From the IMG/VR virus record IMGVR_UViG_3300018065_000012: a stretch of 64,000 nucleotides of DNA; one strand, 5' to 3'. Positions 53,647-63,117 of the stretch are shown here, piece by piece. Position 1 is the first letter of the stretch; the number at the start of each line of letters is the position of its first letter. The position numbers and the translations under genes were made by a program. The notes beneath the pieces were generated by a model. That model was not told the DNA's origin, made no database searches, and saw nothing but the letters and a program-made list of their open reading frames with translations. This DNA is from a virus (lineage: Duplodnaviria > Heunggongvirae > Uroviricota > Caudoviricetes).

Positions 53647-53940
53647 ATGATGAAAAAGCTTGCTGCGGAGTTGATCAGAATTGCCAAGCTTGTTGTTGCC
53701 AATAGTATCTTTGTGATTCATGTTACAGGAGATAAGAAAGAACCTGCGGATGAATACAAGGTAGCACTAAGCGTTCATGACAATCCAAGGCTTGGGTTTC
53801 AAATTCTGAAAAAGGGGATAAAGAAGAATCAAGCAGAAGCTTTTGCAAAGCAGATGAAAACGCCAGAAGAAAGCTTGCTCCGTTTTGAGGAGACAGGTTA
53901 CGGTCACAAACGTAAGTACAAAAAGGTAAATCGGTTTTGA
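53647..53940 (+). CDS. small protein, ELLK-AK family (MMKKLAAELIRIAKLVVANS)
   Basis: Family motif. Confidence 0.6.
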   Translation: MMKKLAAELIRIAKLVVANSIFVIHVTGDKKEPADEYKVALSVHDNPRLGFQILKKGIKKNQAEAFAKQMKTPEESLLRFEETGYGHKRKYKKVNRF

Positions 53941-53955
53941 GTTACGGGGAGCATA

Positions 53956-54702
53956 ATGCGTCGAAAAATTGCTATACCGTGGCTTGCCGACCTTGACGTT
54001 TTGTGCAAAAGAGAAGAAGACCCTTACAGCTTCGATATGGAAGTTGAAAAGATAGACACAGGAAAGCTCCCGCCCAAATATGAACGCGCACTCAAAAAGT
54101 TTTTCCACACAGACGACAAAGCAAGGATACTTCAAAAGGCTTGGAAGGGGAATAAGGTTCCTGTTTTCTGCCCTGCTTGTAATAGTGTCGAATTGGTTGA
54201 TAAAGACAAAGGCAAATCAGTTCGAAAAATTGGAAGGCGCATGCGCGGCAAAGCTGGAAACGTTCTTTTTGATATCCTGCGCAGCCCAATGATTGATGAA
54301 CCGACGAAGAAATATATGTCTGACCGCGTAAGGCGATTTGACAAAACACGTAGACAGCGGGATGATTTATCGCCGGGTCATCAAAAGCTTTTGTACAAGA
54401 AAAAGAAGTACCGCAAACCTTTGACAAAAGATGTCGATGTGGAAATCATAGAAAGCCCTCATGCGGTTTACCGGCGTAAATTGCGCGACATTGATATCAA
54501 TAGAATGGTCAATCAGATTACTGAAGAATTGGCTTGCAATCTTGACCCACAAGCCCCAGCCTGTCCCGTGCGCAGAAGGAAGCGAAAACCTAAGTTGAAG
54601 GATTTTGATGAACATATAAAAGGCCCAGCAGGAACGGCGGTTGTTGAATACGACTTGACAGAAAACCCAGCAGATGCGTTTATCATAACTCAATGGAAGT
54701 GA
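53956..54702 (+). CDS. hypothetical basic protein
   Basis: gggag SD. Confidence 0.55.
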   Translation: MRRKIAIPWLADLDVLCKREEDPYSFDMEVEKIDTGKLPPKYERALKKFFHTDDKARILQKAWKGNKVPVFCPACNSVELVDKDKGKSVRKIGRRMRGKAGNVLFDILRSPMIDEPTKKYMSDRVRRFDKTRRQRDDLSPGHQKLLYKKKKYRKPLTKDVDVEIIESPHAVYRRKLRDIDINRMVNQITEELACNLDPQAPACPVRRRKRKPKLKDFDEHIKGPAGTAVVEYDLTENPADAFIITQWK

Positions 54703-54737
54703 TTTATGAACGACAAATTTCCAAAGGGTAAATTAAA

Positions 54738-55307
54738 ATGAAGTTGGATACGTTGAAGGGCGTCGTTAAGGTTGACAAAAGAATAAACGATAAGCAACAC
54801 AAACGAATGATTGAAGTTTTGTGGCGTAATCCAGAAATCTTGAGGCGCGCATTATCGCTTCCTTTTATATGGATAAGAACAATGGAGTACGTATTTGATC
54901 CGGCCACTCAAGAAAAAATAGACCTTGTCTTCCAAGATAAGTATAATGAGTATCGAGCTGAACCAGATACTGTTTGCTTTGTTGTTGAGCTGAAGAGCGA
55001 CACGGCTGATCATGAAGTCATTGGGCAATTGAAAAAAGCCGTTCAAACGATGCAAAAAAAAGGCAAAAAAATTGGGCATTGGCATAAGACGGTTGGAATT
55101 TCTATTGCGAAGGGATATACAAATTCTGGTTTGAAGTTGTTATGGGAGGAAGGTTATCGGGCTTTTCAGTGGATTGATTCTGGGAAAGAAGTACGTTTGA
55201 AGGAATTAAGCGATCCAACTATCATACCTAAAAAACAACCAGAAACAAGCACGTTGAGCAAGTCGCTTCTTCAGCGGCTGAAGGCGGTGTCAAAAAATAC
55301 GGATTAA
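54738..55307 (+). CDS. hypothetical protein with possible PD-(D/E)xK nuclease core (IDLVF...VVELKSD)
   Basis: D...E.K spacing. Confidence 0.4.
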   Translation: MKLDTLKGVVKVDKRINDKQHKRMIEVLWRNPEILRRALSLPFIWIRTMEYVFDPATQEKIDLVFQDKYNEYRAEPDTVCFVVELKSDTADHEVIGQLKKAVQTMQKKGKKIGHWHKTVGISIAKGYTNSGLKLLWEEGYRAFQWIDSGKEVRLKELSDPTIIPKKQPETSTLSKSLLQRLKAVSKNTD

Positions 55308-55660
55308 CGTCTTGCCAAGATATTTTTGATTGCTTCGTCAAGTAGTGCAGGAATATAGATTCCAGTCAGGTAATAAATTTCAGGAATCAAACTCAAATCT
55401 CGGATAAAGTGAATCCCATTTTCCCAATTCGCAATACGCTGCCAATTGTATTTTTCAGTATCAGTTGCTGTTTGTGTAAGTTTCTTTTTCTTTTTTAGTT
55501 TCAGGAAACGAGCCAGCTCTGTACGTTTTAAGCCTTTTTTGATGCGTGCTTTTTTGAGCAATTTTCCAAATTCTTTTTTGATTGTTGATGAACGAATTTT
55601 GACATGTAACGACTCATCATTCTTCGGGCCAACGATTGACACTTTCAGTTTCTTTGACAT
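55304..55660 (-). CDS. XRE-family helix-turn-helix protein (only minus-strand gene)
   Basis: LKKARIKKGLKRTELARFL ... QRIANWENG matches HTH_XRE pattern; ggaga SD. Confidence 0.5.
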   Translation of the reverse strand: MSKKLKVSIVGPKNDESLHVKIRSSTIKKEFGKLLKKARIKKGLKRTELARFLKLKKKKKLTQTATDTEKYNWQRIANWENGIHFIRDLSLIPEIYYLTGIYIPALLDEAIKNILARR

Positions 55661-55765
55661 TTTTTGTATCTCCAAACTATCAGTGTAATTTATATGGAAA
55701 ACATATTGTTTTGTCCTTAAAACATTATACCACTGAGCGTTAAGTTTTTGTTAAAAAAACAAGAA

Positions 55766-55785
55766 CTTTTTTATATTTTATTTTA
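55766..55785 (+). promoter_or_regulatory. late-promoter-like element ACTTTTTTATATTTTATTTT in divergent intergenic region
   Basis: Upstream of acidic protein/scaffold operon. Confidence 0.45.
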
Positions 55786-55907
55786 ACATGAACGACCTTC
55801 TATGGTTGTTCTTCGACCTACCCATATGTTGATGATGTAAGCTGGCGCTCCAAGGCGTCCGTCTGTCATCGGAGCTTTACATAAGTCATTGAGAAAGGAG
55901 AGATTAA

Positions 55908-56615
55908 ATGAGCAGAAGTCTCGAAGATGAAATCCAAGCCCTTGAAAAAAGGTTGGGCACGGATGAAAGTCGTGAGGCTGAATCGCTCACGGCTGAGGAC
56001 GAGCTGAGAAAAGAAATTGCCCAGCTTGAGGATGATTTACTCGAAGATGAGATTATCGAAGATGATATTATAGAAGATGACGACATTGGCGACGAAGTAT
56101 TGGACGAAGAAGTCGCTATGGCACCGATGGCTGCTGATGCGGACGCTGAACTGGAAAAAGAGGCAGAAAAAATTGAGAGCGAGGATGAAAAAGTGATTAA
56201 AGATAGCAATGAAGAAGTAACAGACGTCAATGATTATGGAAATGAAGACCTTAACACAAAAGTTTCACGTCAACTCCTTCAACTCGCAGCAGCAATTACA
56301 AACCCCGTAGAAGATGGATTTATTGATCAGGACTTTGATGAAGTTGAAAAGCTTTTCAACGTCCAAGATGAGACAGATTCAGGCCCAGACGGGGATGTCC
56401 TTCCGGTTGTTGATAAGAACACAGATGTAGATGAATCAGACGTTGGTTACACTGCACGCCTGAAAGAAGCATCTTATCGACTTGACCGTGTTTGTAATTA
56501 CCTTGAAAAGAAGGGCGGCAAGTGGATTAAGGTTGCTTTCCGTTTGGACAAGCTGAACAACGTGATTGATGGCGAGAGAGAAAGAGTTGCTAAGCGCATT
56601 GCGTCGCGTGGCTAA
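55908..56615 (+). CDS. acidic head-assembly protein
   Basis: agagattaa SD-like; Asp/Glu-rich. Confidence 0.55.
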   Translation: MSRSLEDEIQALEKRLGTDESREAESLTAEDELRKEIAQLEDDLLEDEIIEDDIIEDDDIGDEVLDEEVAMAPMAADADAELEKEAEKIESEDEKVIKDSNEEVTDVNDYGNEDLNTKVSRQLLQLAAAITNPVEDGFIDQDFDEVEKLFNVQDETDSGPDGDVLPVVDKNTDVDESDVGYTARLKEASYRLDRVCNYLEKKGGKWIKVAFRLDKLNNVIDGERERVAKRIASRG

Positions 56616-56649
56616 TTATTAACAGGTACTGATAAGGAGGATAAAAAGA

Positions 56650-57864
56650 ATGGAAAAAAGGATTCGGCTTACTGATCCACGGCACCCGCGCAATCGCGCT
56701 GCGGCTAAGGCGGAACCTTATCCGGGCATGGTTGGACAACCTGATCGTAAGTTCCAACCAGACGACAAGTACGAAAATTACGTCGAAGTTCCCGGTTGGG
56801 AAACGCAAGAGTTGCCCACGGACATTGACGACAAGCGCGACGAGATTGGTTTTCCGGTAATGAAGAAAGCTACAGTCGCGAAGGTCCGTAGCGCTGCTCA
56901 AAAAGCGGTCCGTGCTGCTATTCTATTCCTTGGCGACAAATCACCGGAAAGCGTTGTTGAAGCGCAAGCCCGTGATTTTATGCGCCTTGGGAACAAAGGG
57001 CTTGATTTGGCTCTGAGTCGTTATCAAGAAACGGCGAAGTTCTATGCTCAGAAGGAAGAGGACGACACCGTTGCGGATGACGATTTCATTGAGAAGAAAA
57101 AGGAAGAGTCAGAAGCAAAGTCTCCAGAAGAAGCAAAAAAGAACATCGAAAACAGCAATATGCCTGAAGCTTTGAAAGAACAGGCGCTCAAGAAGGTTGA
57201 TGAAGAAGGCAAAAAGAAGAAAAAAGCTCTTCAACTGATTGCTGAAGCCAATGCTCTTCTCTCGGAAGATGAAGAGGCTCAGGACGAAGAGGAAGAAGCT
57301 TGCACGAAAAAGTCAGAAGATGAAGAAGTAAAAGAGGAAGCTCAGGACGAAGAGGAAGAAGCTTGCACAAAAAAGTCAGATGATAATCAAGATGAAGAGT
57401 CTGACGAGGACAAAGATATAGGAGCAAAGAAATCAGAGGACGAAGAAGTAAAAGAAGAAGTTCAGGAAGAAGAGACTGAGAAGAAAAAGTCAGATGATGA
57501 TGACGATGATGACGACGATAAAGAAGAAGTGGTTGTGGAAGAAACTGTTGAGGCAAAGAAGAGCGGCGATGCTGAGCTGGACATTGAGATGAGCGCAGCC
57601 GATGAGGGTTTGGAAGAAAGCCCGTCCGAAGACAAGCTGCTTGCTTCGCTTTACGAGGCTCAGGAAGAGGAACCTGAGAAAAAGGAAGAGGCTCAGGAAG
57701 AAGAGAAAGAAGAAGCACAAGATGAAGAAGAGCCAGAGAAGAAAAAGAAGGCTGGAGTCAAAAAGCTTGGCGGTCAGCCCAGAGTTGCTTCTTCTGGAAA
57801 TCCTCTCGATCTTTCGAGTTTGTGGAACAGTGCGCCTGATATCAATGAACTGTGGGATAAGTAA
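56650..57864 (+). CDS. scaffolding protein candidate (acidic, tandem repeats)
   Basis: Position upstream of decoration and MCP; repeats EDEEVKEEAQDEEEEACTKKS. Confidence 0.55.
   Translation: MEKRIRLTDPRHPRNRAAAKAEPYPGMVGQPDRKFQPDDKYENYVEVPGWETQELPTDIDDKRDEIGFPVMKKATVAKVRSAAQKAVRAAILFLGDKSPESVVEAQARDFMRLGNKGLDLALSRYQETAKFYAQKEEDDTVADDDFIEKKKEESEAKSPEEAKKNIENSNMPEALKEQALKKVDEEGKKKKKALQLIAEANALLSEDEEAQDEEEEACTKKSEDEEVKEEAQDEEEEACTKKSDDNQDEESDEDKDIGAKKSEDEEVKEEVQEEETEKKKSDDDDDDDDDKEEVVVEETVEAKKSGDAELDIEMSAADEGLEESPSEDKLLASLYEAQEEEPEKKEEAQEEEKEEAQDEEEPEKKKKAGVKKLGGQPRVASSGNPLDLSSLWNSAPDINELWDK
57277..57392 (+). repeat. tandem ~63-nt coding repeat x2 (plus a degenerate third copy near 57430)
   Basis: gctcaggacgaagaggaagaagcttgcac... 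Confidence 0.6.
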
Positions 57865-57926
57865 CTTAGGGTTGGCGTCCCCGAAGGACGTTTACAATAT
57901 AGGGAATTTTGAAAGGAGATTGAGTT

Positions 57927-58433
57927 ATGCTCACGATTCTAATTCGCACTCAGCTCAACTCGATTCCTGTTCTCGCTGATGTTTGCTTCACAAAAGCGAA
58001 CTATGGCGTGAACACGAATACGACGTTGTCTGTCAACACTCCGCGCGGTGTGTTGGGCGGCTCTATTGCTGCGATCAGTGCGGGTAACGACTACACGGTT
58101 GTTCCGGGTCATGTTGACCTTGAACCCGTGGGTCTGTTCGTCAACGATGCAGCTGGCGCGGCGTTCGAGAATGCTCCGGCGGTTGCGTCTGGCAAGGTTG
58201 CGGTCATCAAGGGCCAGCCCTCTGTCGAAGTTGACGTGTACGAAACCCGCAACCAAGCTGGCACTGCCGATCTGAGCTATGCCGTCGGAAACTTGCTCTA
58301 TTCTTCGGCTCAGGGATTCCTGACCAAAGAAAAGCCTTCCGATGTCGGTGGCTCGATTGATACCATTATTGGTATCACAACCAAGGCACCGTCCACGGCA
58401 AGCCCAACCATCGGTCTTGACATGCGCATCTAA
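57927..58433 (+). CDS. head decoration-like protein (Gly/Ala/Val-rich)
   Basis: Lambda-like order scaffold - decoration - MCP; aggag SD. Confidence 0.4.
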   Translation: MLTILIRTQLNSIPVLADVCFTKANYGVNTNTTLSVNTPRGVLGGSIAAISAGNDYTVVPGHVDLEPVGLFVNDAAGAAFENAPAVASGKVAVIKGQPSVEVDVYETRNQAGTADLSYAVGNLLYSSAQGFLTKEKPSDVGGSIDTIIGITTKAPSTASPTIGLDMRI

Positions 58434-58644
58434 ACGCATGACGCGGAACACGCTATGTTCCCCAGCGTGTAATAAATCGGGGTTTAGATAAGGGTGTTGC
58501 GAAGTAAGGAGAGATTTGATTGTTCCCAATCGCTCATTCAATGCAGAACAACATCCTTGAGTGGTCTACAAGGCCGCTCAAAAAAGAACGTTGGAAGCTT
58601 ACGGTCAGCGTTGACCACTTCCATTTTGATAAAGGAGAATGAAC

Positions 58645-59508
58645 ATGGCCCAGTTGGACAATCAGACCAAGCAGGAAATCATCAGTCAGTACATCAAGAC
58701 TGCCGCTGGTCGCCAACGCTTGGCCGCGTCCATGATTCAACCCCTCCGCCGTCGTAGGGATTACTCGTCTGTTGGCCGCAAGGCTTTCTATGTCGAGCAA
58801 CTTCCCGATGGTGCGCTTCCTCTTTACGACAAAGATCCAAATATCACGGCCTACGTCGTTGGAGAAGAGGGGGAGAACATTGTCGCAGTCGCCAAGCCAA
58901 AGCGCGTGATGTTCCCGCTGTTCGAGATTGCTTCGAACCCTGAAATCCAGCTGACCGAGATCAAGCAGCGTCGTTTCGATCTGATCGAGCGTTCTCTTGA
59001 CCTCGCGAAAGCGGAAATTCAGGCCGAAGAAGACCGTAAGGTTTTCGCAGTGATGAACGCACTTTCGGCAGACCCCACCAACCCCAACCCCGCTATCCCC
59101 GTCACGGGCAACCTGACGGCCAATGCGCTTGCAGATGCTTTTGCAAATATTGAGCGTACGGATATGCGCGTGGCCAACGTGTTCTTGAATGCTAAGGACT
59201 ACGCTGACCTCCGCAAGTGGGATCGGGACACCTTGGACATCGAAACTCAGGCCGTCTTGCTCAAGACTGGTCTGATGGCGACGGTCTGGGGTGCAAAACT
59301 CATCGTCAGTCGTATCGTGCCGGAAGGCACCGTTTACGTCTGTGGTGAGCCTGAGTTCTTCGGTAGAATCCCCGTCCGTACCGAACTCACCGTGCTGTCC
59401 GCTGATGATCCGAAAAACCGTCTTATTGGTTTCTCGGTGTTCGAGAACATCGGCATTGGTGCGTACAACCCGTACGCATTGCAGGTGCTCACCATCACGC
59501 GTACGTAA
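58645..59508 (+). CDS. major capsid protein candidate
   Basis: aaggag SD 7 nt upstream; GC-rich codon usage; followed by strong terminator. Confidence 0.5.
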   Translation: MAQLDNQTKQEIISQYIKTAAGRQRLAASMIQPLRRRRDYSSVGRKAFYVEQLPDGALPLYDKDPNITAYVVGEEGENIVAVAKPKRVMFPLFEIASNPEIQLTEIKQRRFDLIERSLDLAKAEIQAEEDRKVFAVMNALSADPTNPNPAIPVTGNLTANALADAFANIERTDMRVANVFLNAKDYADLRKWDRDTLDIETQAVLLKTGLMATVWGAKLIVSRIVPEGTVYVCGEPEFFGRIPVRTELTVLSADDPKNRLIGFSVFENIGIGAYNPYALQVLTITRT

Positions 59509-59545
59509 AAGCGCAGTGTAGTTGTGGGACAACCAACCCAAGTAG

Positions 59546-59580
59546 AAAAAGCCTCGGCTTTGCCGAGGCTTTTTTCTTTT
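59546..59580. terminator. bidirectional rho-independent terminator (A-tract, 8-bp GC stem gcctcggc/gccgaggc, T-tract)
   Basis: Seen directly. Confidence 0.85.
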
Positions 59581-59585
59581 CCACT

Positions 59586-59604
59586 TGCATAATTTTTTTA
59601 TATT
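59586..59604 (+). promoter_or_regulatory. late-promoter-like element TGCATAATTTTTTTATATT
   Basis: Same 19-mer at 62758. Confidence 0.45.
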
Positions 59605-59773
59605 CGTTCATTAAGTAGGAGCATTGTCCTTGGCGATATCATCGGAGAAAACGAAAGCAGGCCATCGGATAGTGATCGTCATTTGCTGCGATTTTTGATC
59701 AATGCTTTATGAACGTTAGAATGGCCCATAGATGGGCTTTATGAATTTTTTATTTTTCCATCAAAACTTTGTC

Positions 59774-59790
59774 TTGACGGGACTATAATA
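59774..59790 (+). promoter_or_regulatory. promoter-like motif TTGACGGGACTATAATA (site E)
   Basis: Relative of GGTTGTATAATA family, ~350 nt upstream of nrdD. Confidence 0.4.
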
Positions 59791-60138
59791 AATTATGAGC
59801 GCATGCTTCAACAGTTGGCGGATGCAAGTTGTCACTTCCTGTCCGGTAAATAACAAACAACAAACCAAGAAAACAAACCAAAACCGAGACAGATTTTTCA
59901 ATACAACAAGCATTGTTCCACTGTTCTTGCTTGGCGAAAAGTAATCTTGAAAAAGTTTGCGCTGGTAACTCTACGCATTGCGTTGGGTTACAAAAGCGGT
60001 TTGGAAAAACTTTCGCTCGAAGACGCATAATTCTTTTATAGTCGCCAATCTGATGAGTCCAAACTTTTGGCGAAGGCAATCAGATGATATTGAACACGCC
60101 AATTCACACCTGCAAATCATACGAGAAGGAGGAAGTTT

Positions 60139-62151
60139 ATGTCGCCGCACGAGAAGCGCAAAGGTTGGCATATCAGGCAATCTTTTTCAGACGACTTTGT
60201 GGACTTGATGCACAAGTTGGAGAAAAAGTACGGCGACAAGATTTTTGCAATCCAAGGTATCGCGAACGATCACCTCGATCTGGTGCAGTTCAGCAGAAGT
60301 TTCTTTGCAAAGTCGGCCAGTAACGTAGCAGATGTAAGCGTTGACGGCAACGCCAACGTTACTGAAAAGAACATCATGCAATATAACTATGAAGCGGGAA
60401 AGGCTCTTATGAAACTTAATAGCCTTTACCTTCTTTACAAATGGGTCAAAAAATTCTGGAAAAGAGAAGTAGCAGCCGAAGCATTGGAAAAGGTCGTCAA
60501 CGGCGAGTTGTTCGTTAACGACCTTGTTCATTTCGGGATGCCGTATTGCTATGCCTTTGATCTCCGGAGCCTTCTGACTGAAGGGATGAATTTTTACAAA
60601 GGCAATATGCCGATCAATCCGCCAAAACGCAGTGACTCTTTCTTTGCCTTGCTTATCCAGACGACGGCGTATATCAGCAACCAGATTCTTGGAGCGGCTT
60701 CATATCCTGATTTTTTTGTCGTTTTGGATTGGTTCTATCGCAAGGAAATGGGCGAGGATTATTCTGACCAGTTGAATGATAAGACAATATGGAAAAGAAT
60801 CAAAAACCAATTCCAAAATCTTGTCTTCAGTTTCAACTTTCCCTTTCGCGGAAATCAAAGTGCCTTCACCAATTTGTCGGTGATGGACGAGGGTTTTTTG
60901 CAGCAACTTTTTGGCAAAGGAGCTTACACCTATCCAGATGGTACTGATCCCAAACTGGAAAGTGTTTTGAAATTATCGAAAAAGTTCTTTGAGTACTATG
61001 CTGAAATCAACGGCAAGGAAGGAATCTTTACATTCCCCGTTATGACATTGGCAATCAGTATTGACAAAGATACTGGAAAATATATTGATCCAGAATTTGT
61101 AGATTGGGCGGCAAAAGCAAATTGCAGTAAAGCGATGGCAAACATTTTCCAGAGTGTTCCAAATTCGTTTTCAAGCTGTTGCCGGTTAAAAAGTGAATTT
61201 CAGATTGACGAAGTGGGTGCAGATGGTTATCAAAACAGTTTTGGCGTTGGTGGTCTTTCGATTGGAAGTCATCGCGTTGCAGGTTTGAATCTTCCGCGTA
61301 TTGCGATTTTGGAGAAAGAGAACCCAAATATCCTTGAAGAAGACATTGAGTTGTTGCATAAAATCCTTTTGGCGCATCGGCGTTTAATCCAGCATCATAT
61401 TGACAACAAAGCGCTCCCGCTATATGAGACGGGCTGGATTCATTTGAAAAAGCAGTACAGTACGATTGGGTTTGTTGGCGGATATGAATATGTTGTCAAC
61501 AAGGGCTTGAATATTAAGTCTGATGAAGGTATAAAAGCCTTGACTGATGTCTTGACTTTTGTTGAATCGAAAATTGGCCATTGGCAACGGGAAGAGAAAG
61601 AGGACGGGAACATTTACAATATTGAGCAAATCCCTGCTGAGTCCATGGCGGTGAGGCTTGCGAAAATTGATCATATTTCTGGGCACAACCCGAAAAATTT
61701 CAAGCTTTACTCCAACCAGTATATTCCATTGATTGAAGATGCGAGTATTTACGACAGGTTTCGGATTCAGGGTAATATCGATGCGTTGACTTCCGGCGGT
61801 GCGATTTTGCACTTGAATATTGACGATGAAAAACCGCTGAGCGCAAAGCAATTTCGCAAAGTAATCGAACATGCGAAAAATTCTGGCACTGTTTATTTTG
61901 CTGTGAATTATGCTTACAGTGAATGCGAGAAAAAACACTATGTTGTCGGAAAGCGTAAGAAATGCCCCGTTTGTAAAGCAAAGATTACTCAGCAATATAC
62001 CCGTGTTGTTGGTTTTGTGACGCCGGTGAGAAGCTGGAATTCCGTTCGGCGTGATTATGAATATGAAAATCGAGTGTTTTACTCGAATGAAAACGCAGTC
62101 AATGGAACGTCAAAGAAGAAAATCCTCAAACCTCAACCAGCGAGTGTATGA
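60139..62151 (+). CDS. nrdD: anaerobic ribonucleoside-triphosphate reductase, class III
   Basis: aaggagga SD; C-terminal CPVCKAK zinc ribbon and glycyl-radical-like TRVVGFV. Confidence 0.8.
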   Translation: MSPHEKRKGWHIRQSFSDDFVDLMHKLEKKYGDKIFAIQGIANDHLDLVQFSRSFFAKSASNVADVSVDGNANVTEKNIMQYNYEAGKALMKLNSLYLLYKWVKKFWKREVAAEALEKVVNGELFVNDLVHFGMPYCYAFDLRSLLTEGMNFYKGNMPINPPKRSDSFFALLIQTTAYISNQILGAASYPDFFVVLDWFYRKEMGEDYSDQLNDKTIWKRIKNQFQNLVFSFNFPFRGNQSAFTNLSVMDEGFLQQLFGKGAYTYPDGTDPKLESVLKLSKKFFEYYAEINGKEGIFTFPVMTLAISIDKDTGKYIDPEFVDWAAKANCSKAMANIFQSVPNSFSSCCRLKSEFQIDEVGADGYQNSFGVGGLSIGSHRVAGLNLPRIAILEKENPNILEEDIELLHKILLAHRRLIQHHIDNKALPLYETGWIHLKKQYSTIGFVGGYEYVVNKGLNIKSDEGIKALTDVLTFVESKIGHWQREEKEDGNIYNIEQIPAESMAVRLAKIDHISGHNPKNFKLYSNQYIPLIEDASIYDRFRIQGNIDALTSGGAILHLNIDDEKPLSAKQFRKVIEHAKNSGTVYFAVNYAYSECEKKHYVVGKRKKCPVCKAKITQQYTRVVGFVTPVRSWNSVRRDYEYENRVFYSNENAVNGTSKKKILKPQPASV

Positions 62152-62152
62152 T

Positions 62153-62755
62153 ATGCAAATTGCAAGTTTTGTTCGCGATTCGTTTCAAGAGTTTGAAGAT
62201 CATCATTCTCTGGTCCTATTCTGTAAAGGCTGCAATTTTTCCTGCCCAGAATGCTACAACTTGAAAAGTCTCGAACAACCGCCTATCGGGACAGCGGTAA
62301 ACATTATCAAAGCGGAAATAACGCCCATGCACGACGCTGTGGTTTTTCTTGGAGGCGAACCTACCATATGGAGCAATGGCTTGCTAAAAGCCGCCGTTTT
62401 TGCCAAGAGAAGCATGGATTTGAGCGTCAAAGTTTTTACGAATGGATTCCAACCAGACGTGGTTGAAAGGTTGATTGCTGCCGAAGTTGTAGACGCTTTT
62501 AGTGTCGATTTTAAGTGCCTTGAAGCAGTAAAGGAAGTCATTGGAGTCGATATTTCAGCAGAAAAATACATTTCCACAGTCACTGACACAATCAACATAA
62601 TTCGTGATTCAAACATCCCAATTGAACTGCGTACAACTTCATTTAAGTCGGTGCGTAATATGGACTTACTCAAATCTCATGTTGGAAATACTTTTCCAAA
62701 TGTGCGTCATATCATTCAAGAAGATTTCTCTCCGATGCTTGAGAATGTCCTGTAG
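62153..62755 (+). CDS. nrdG: anaerobic RNR activating protein (radical SAM)
   Basis: CKGCNFSCPEC (CxxxCxxC) near N-terminus. Confidence 0.75.
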   Translation: MQIASFVRDSFQEFEDHHSLVLFCKGCNFSCPECYNLKSLEQPPIGTAVNIIKAEITPMHDAVVFLGGEPTIWSNGLLKAAVFAKRSMDLSVKVFTNGFQPDVVERLIAAEVVDAFSVDFKCLEAVKEVIGVDISAEKYISTVTDTINIIRDSNIPIELRTTSFKSVRNMDLLKSHVGNTFPNVRHIIQEDFSPMLENVL

Positions 62756-62757
62756 AA

Positions 62758-62778
62758 TGCATAATTTTTTTATATTTA
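62758..62778 (+). promoter_or_regulatory. late-promoter-like element TGCATAATTTTTTTATATTTA
   Basis: Identical core to 59586. Confidence 0.45.
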
Positions 62779-62850
62779 TCTATTTAATGACAAGCTATCC
62801 GTATATGATGGTATCGTTAGTTGATGCCCCAATGGGGCAAGGAGGCAGTT

Positions 62851-63114
62851 ATGGCAGGCCCAACAGAACCAACTTATCGGGCTAATCCAACGGACAAGCA
62901 GCAGAAGGACATTGAGGACGCGGAATTTGATAGCACCATTCCCGTGATGGATGATGACAAAACCAAGAACATCGGAAATCCACTTGGCGCTGGTCAGAAC
63001 ATGGTTCAAGGCGACGAGGGCCAAATCACTTATCATGACGACAAATATGGTTATGATATGAGTGAATTGGTTGGCCGCAAACGGAATGGTTGGACCAAAT
63101 GGCGCGGACAGTAA
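62851..63114 (+). CDS. hypothetical protein
   Basis: aaggagg SD. Confidence 0.55.
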   Translation: MAGPTEPTYRANPTDKQQKDIEDAEFDSTIPVMDDDKTKNIGNPLGAGQNMVQGDEGQITYHDDKYGYDMSELVGRKRNGWTKWRGQ

Positions 63115-63117
63115 ACG

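Noticed and set aside
57260-57480. Possible CRISPR-like repeat structure from regularly spaced repeats
   Set aside because: The repeats are in-frame coding tandem repeats of an acidic protein, and there are no unique spacers or cas genes.
58534-59541. 335-aa minus-strand ORF
   Set aside because: Antisense to the GC-rich capsid gene. High GC suppresses stop codons on the opposite strand.
60044-60090. Hammerhead-ribozyme-like CUGAUGA...GAA in the nrdD leader
   Set aside because: CUGAUGA and a possible stem II are present, but the GAA is followed by G instead of the required A15.1 and no stem I/III pairing can be formed. The flanking similarity is a direct, not inverted, repeat.
62826-62838. 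Hairpin gccccaatggggc after nrdG
   Set aside because: Not followed by a U-tract and sits directly in front of an SD, so it is unlikely to be a terminator.
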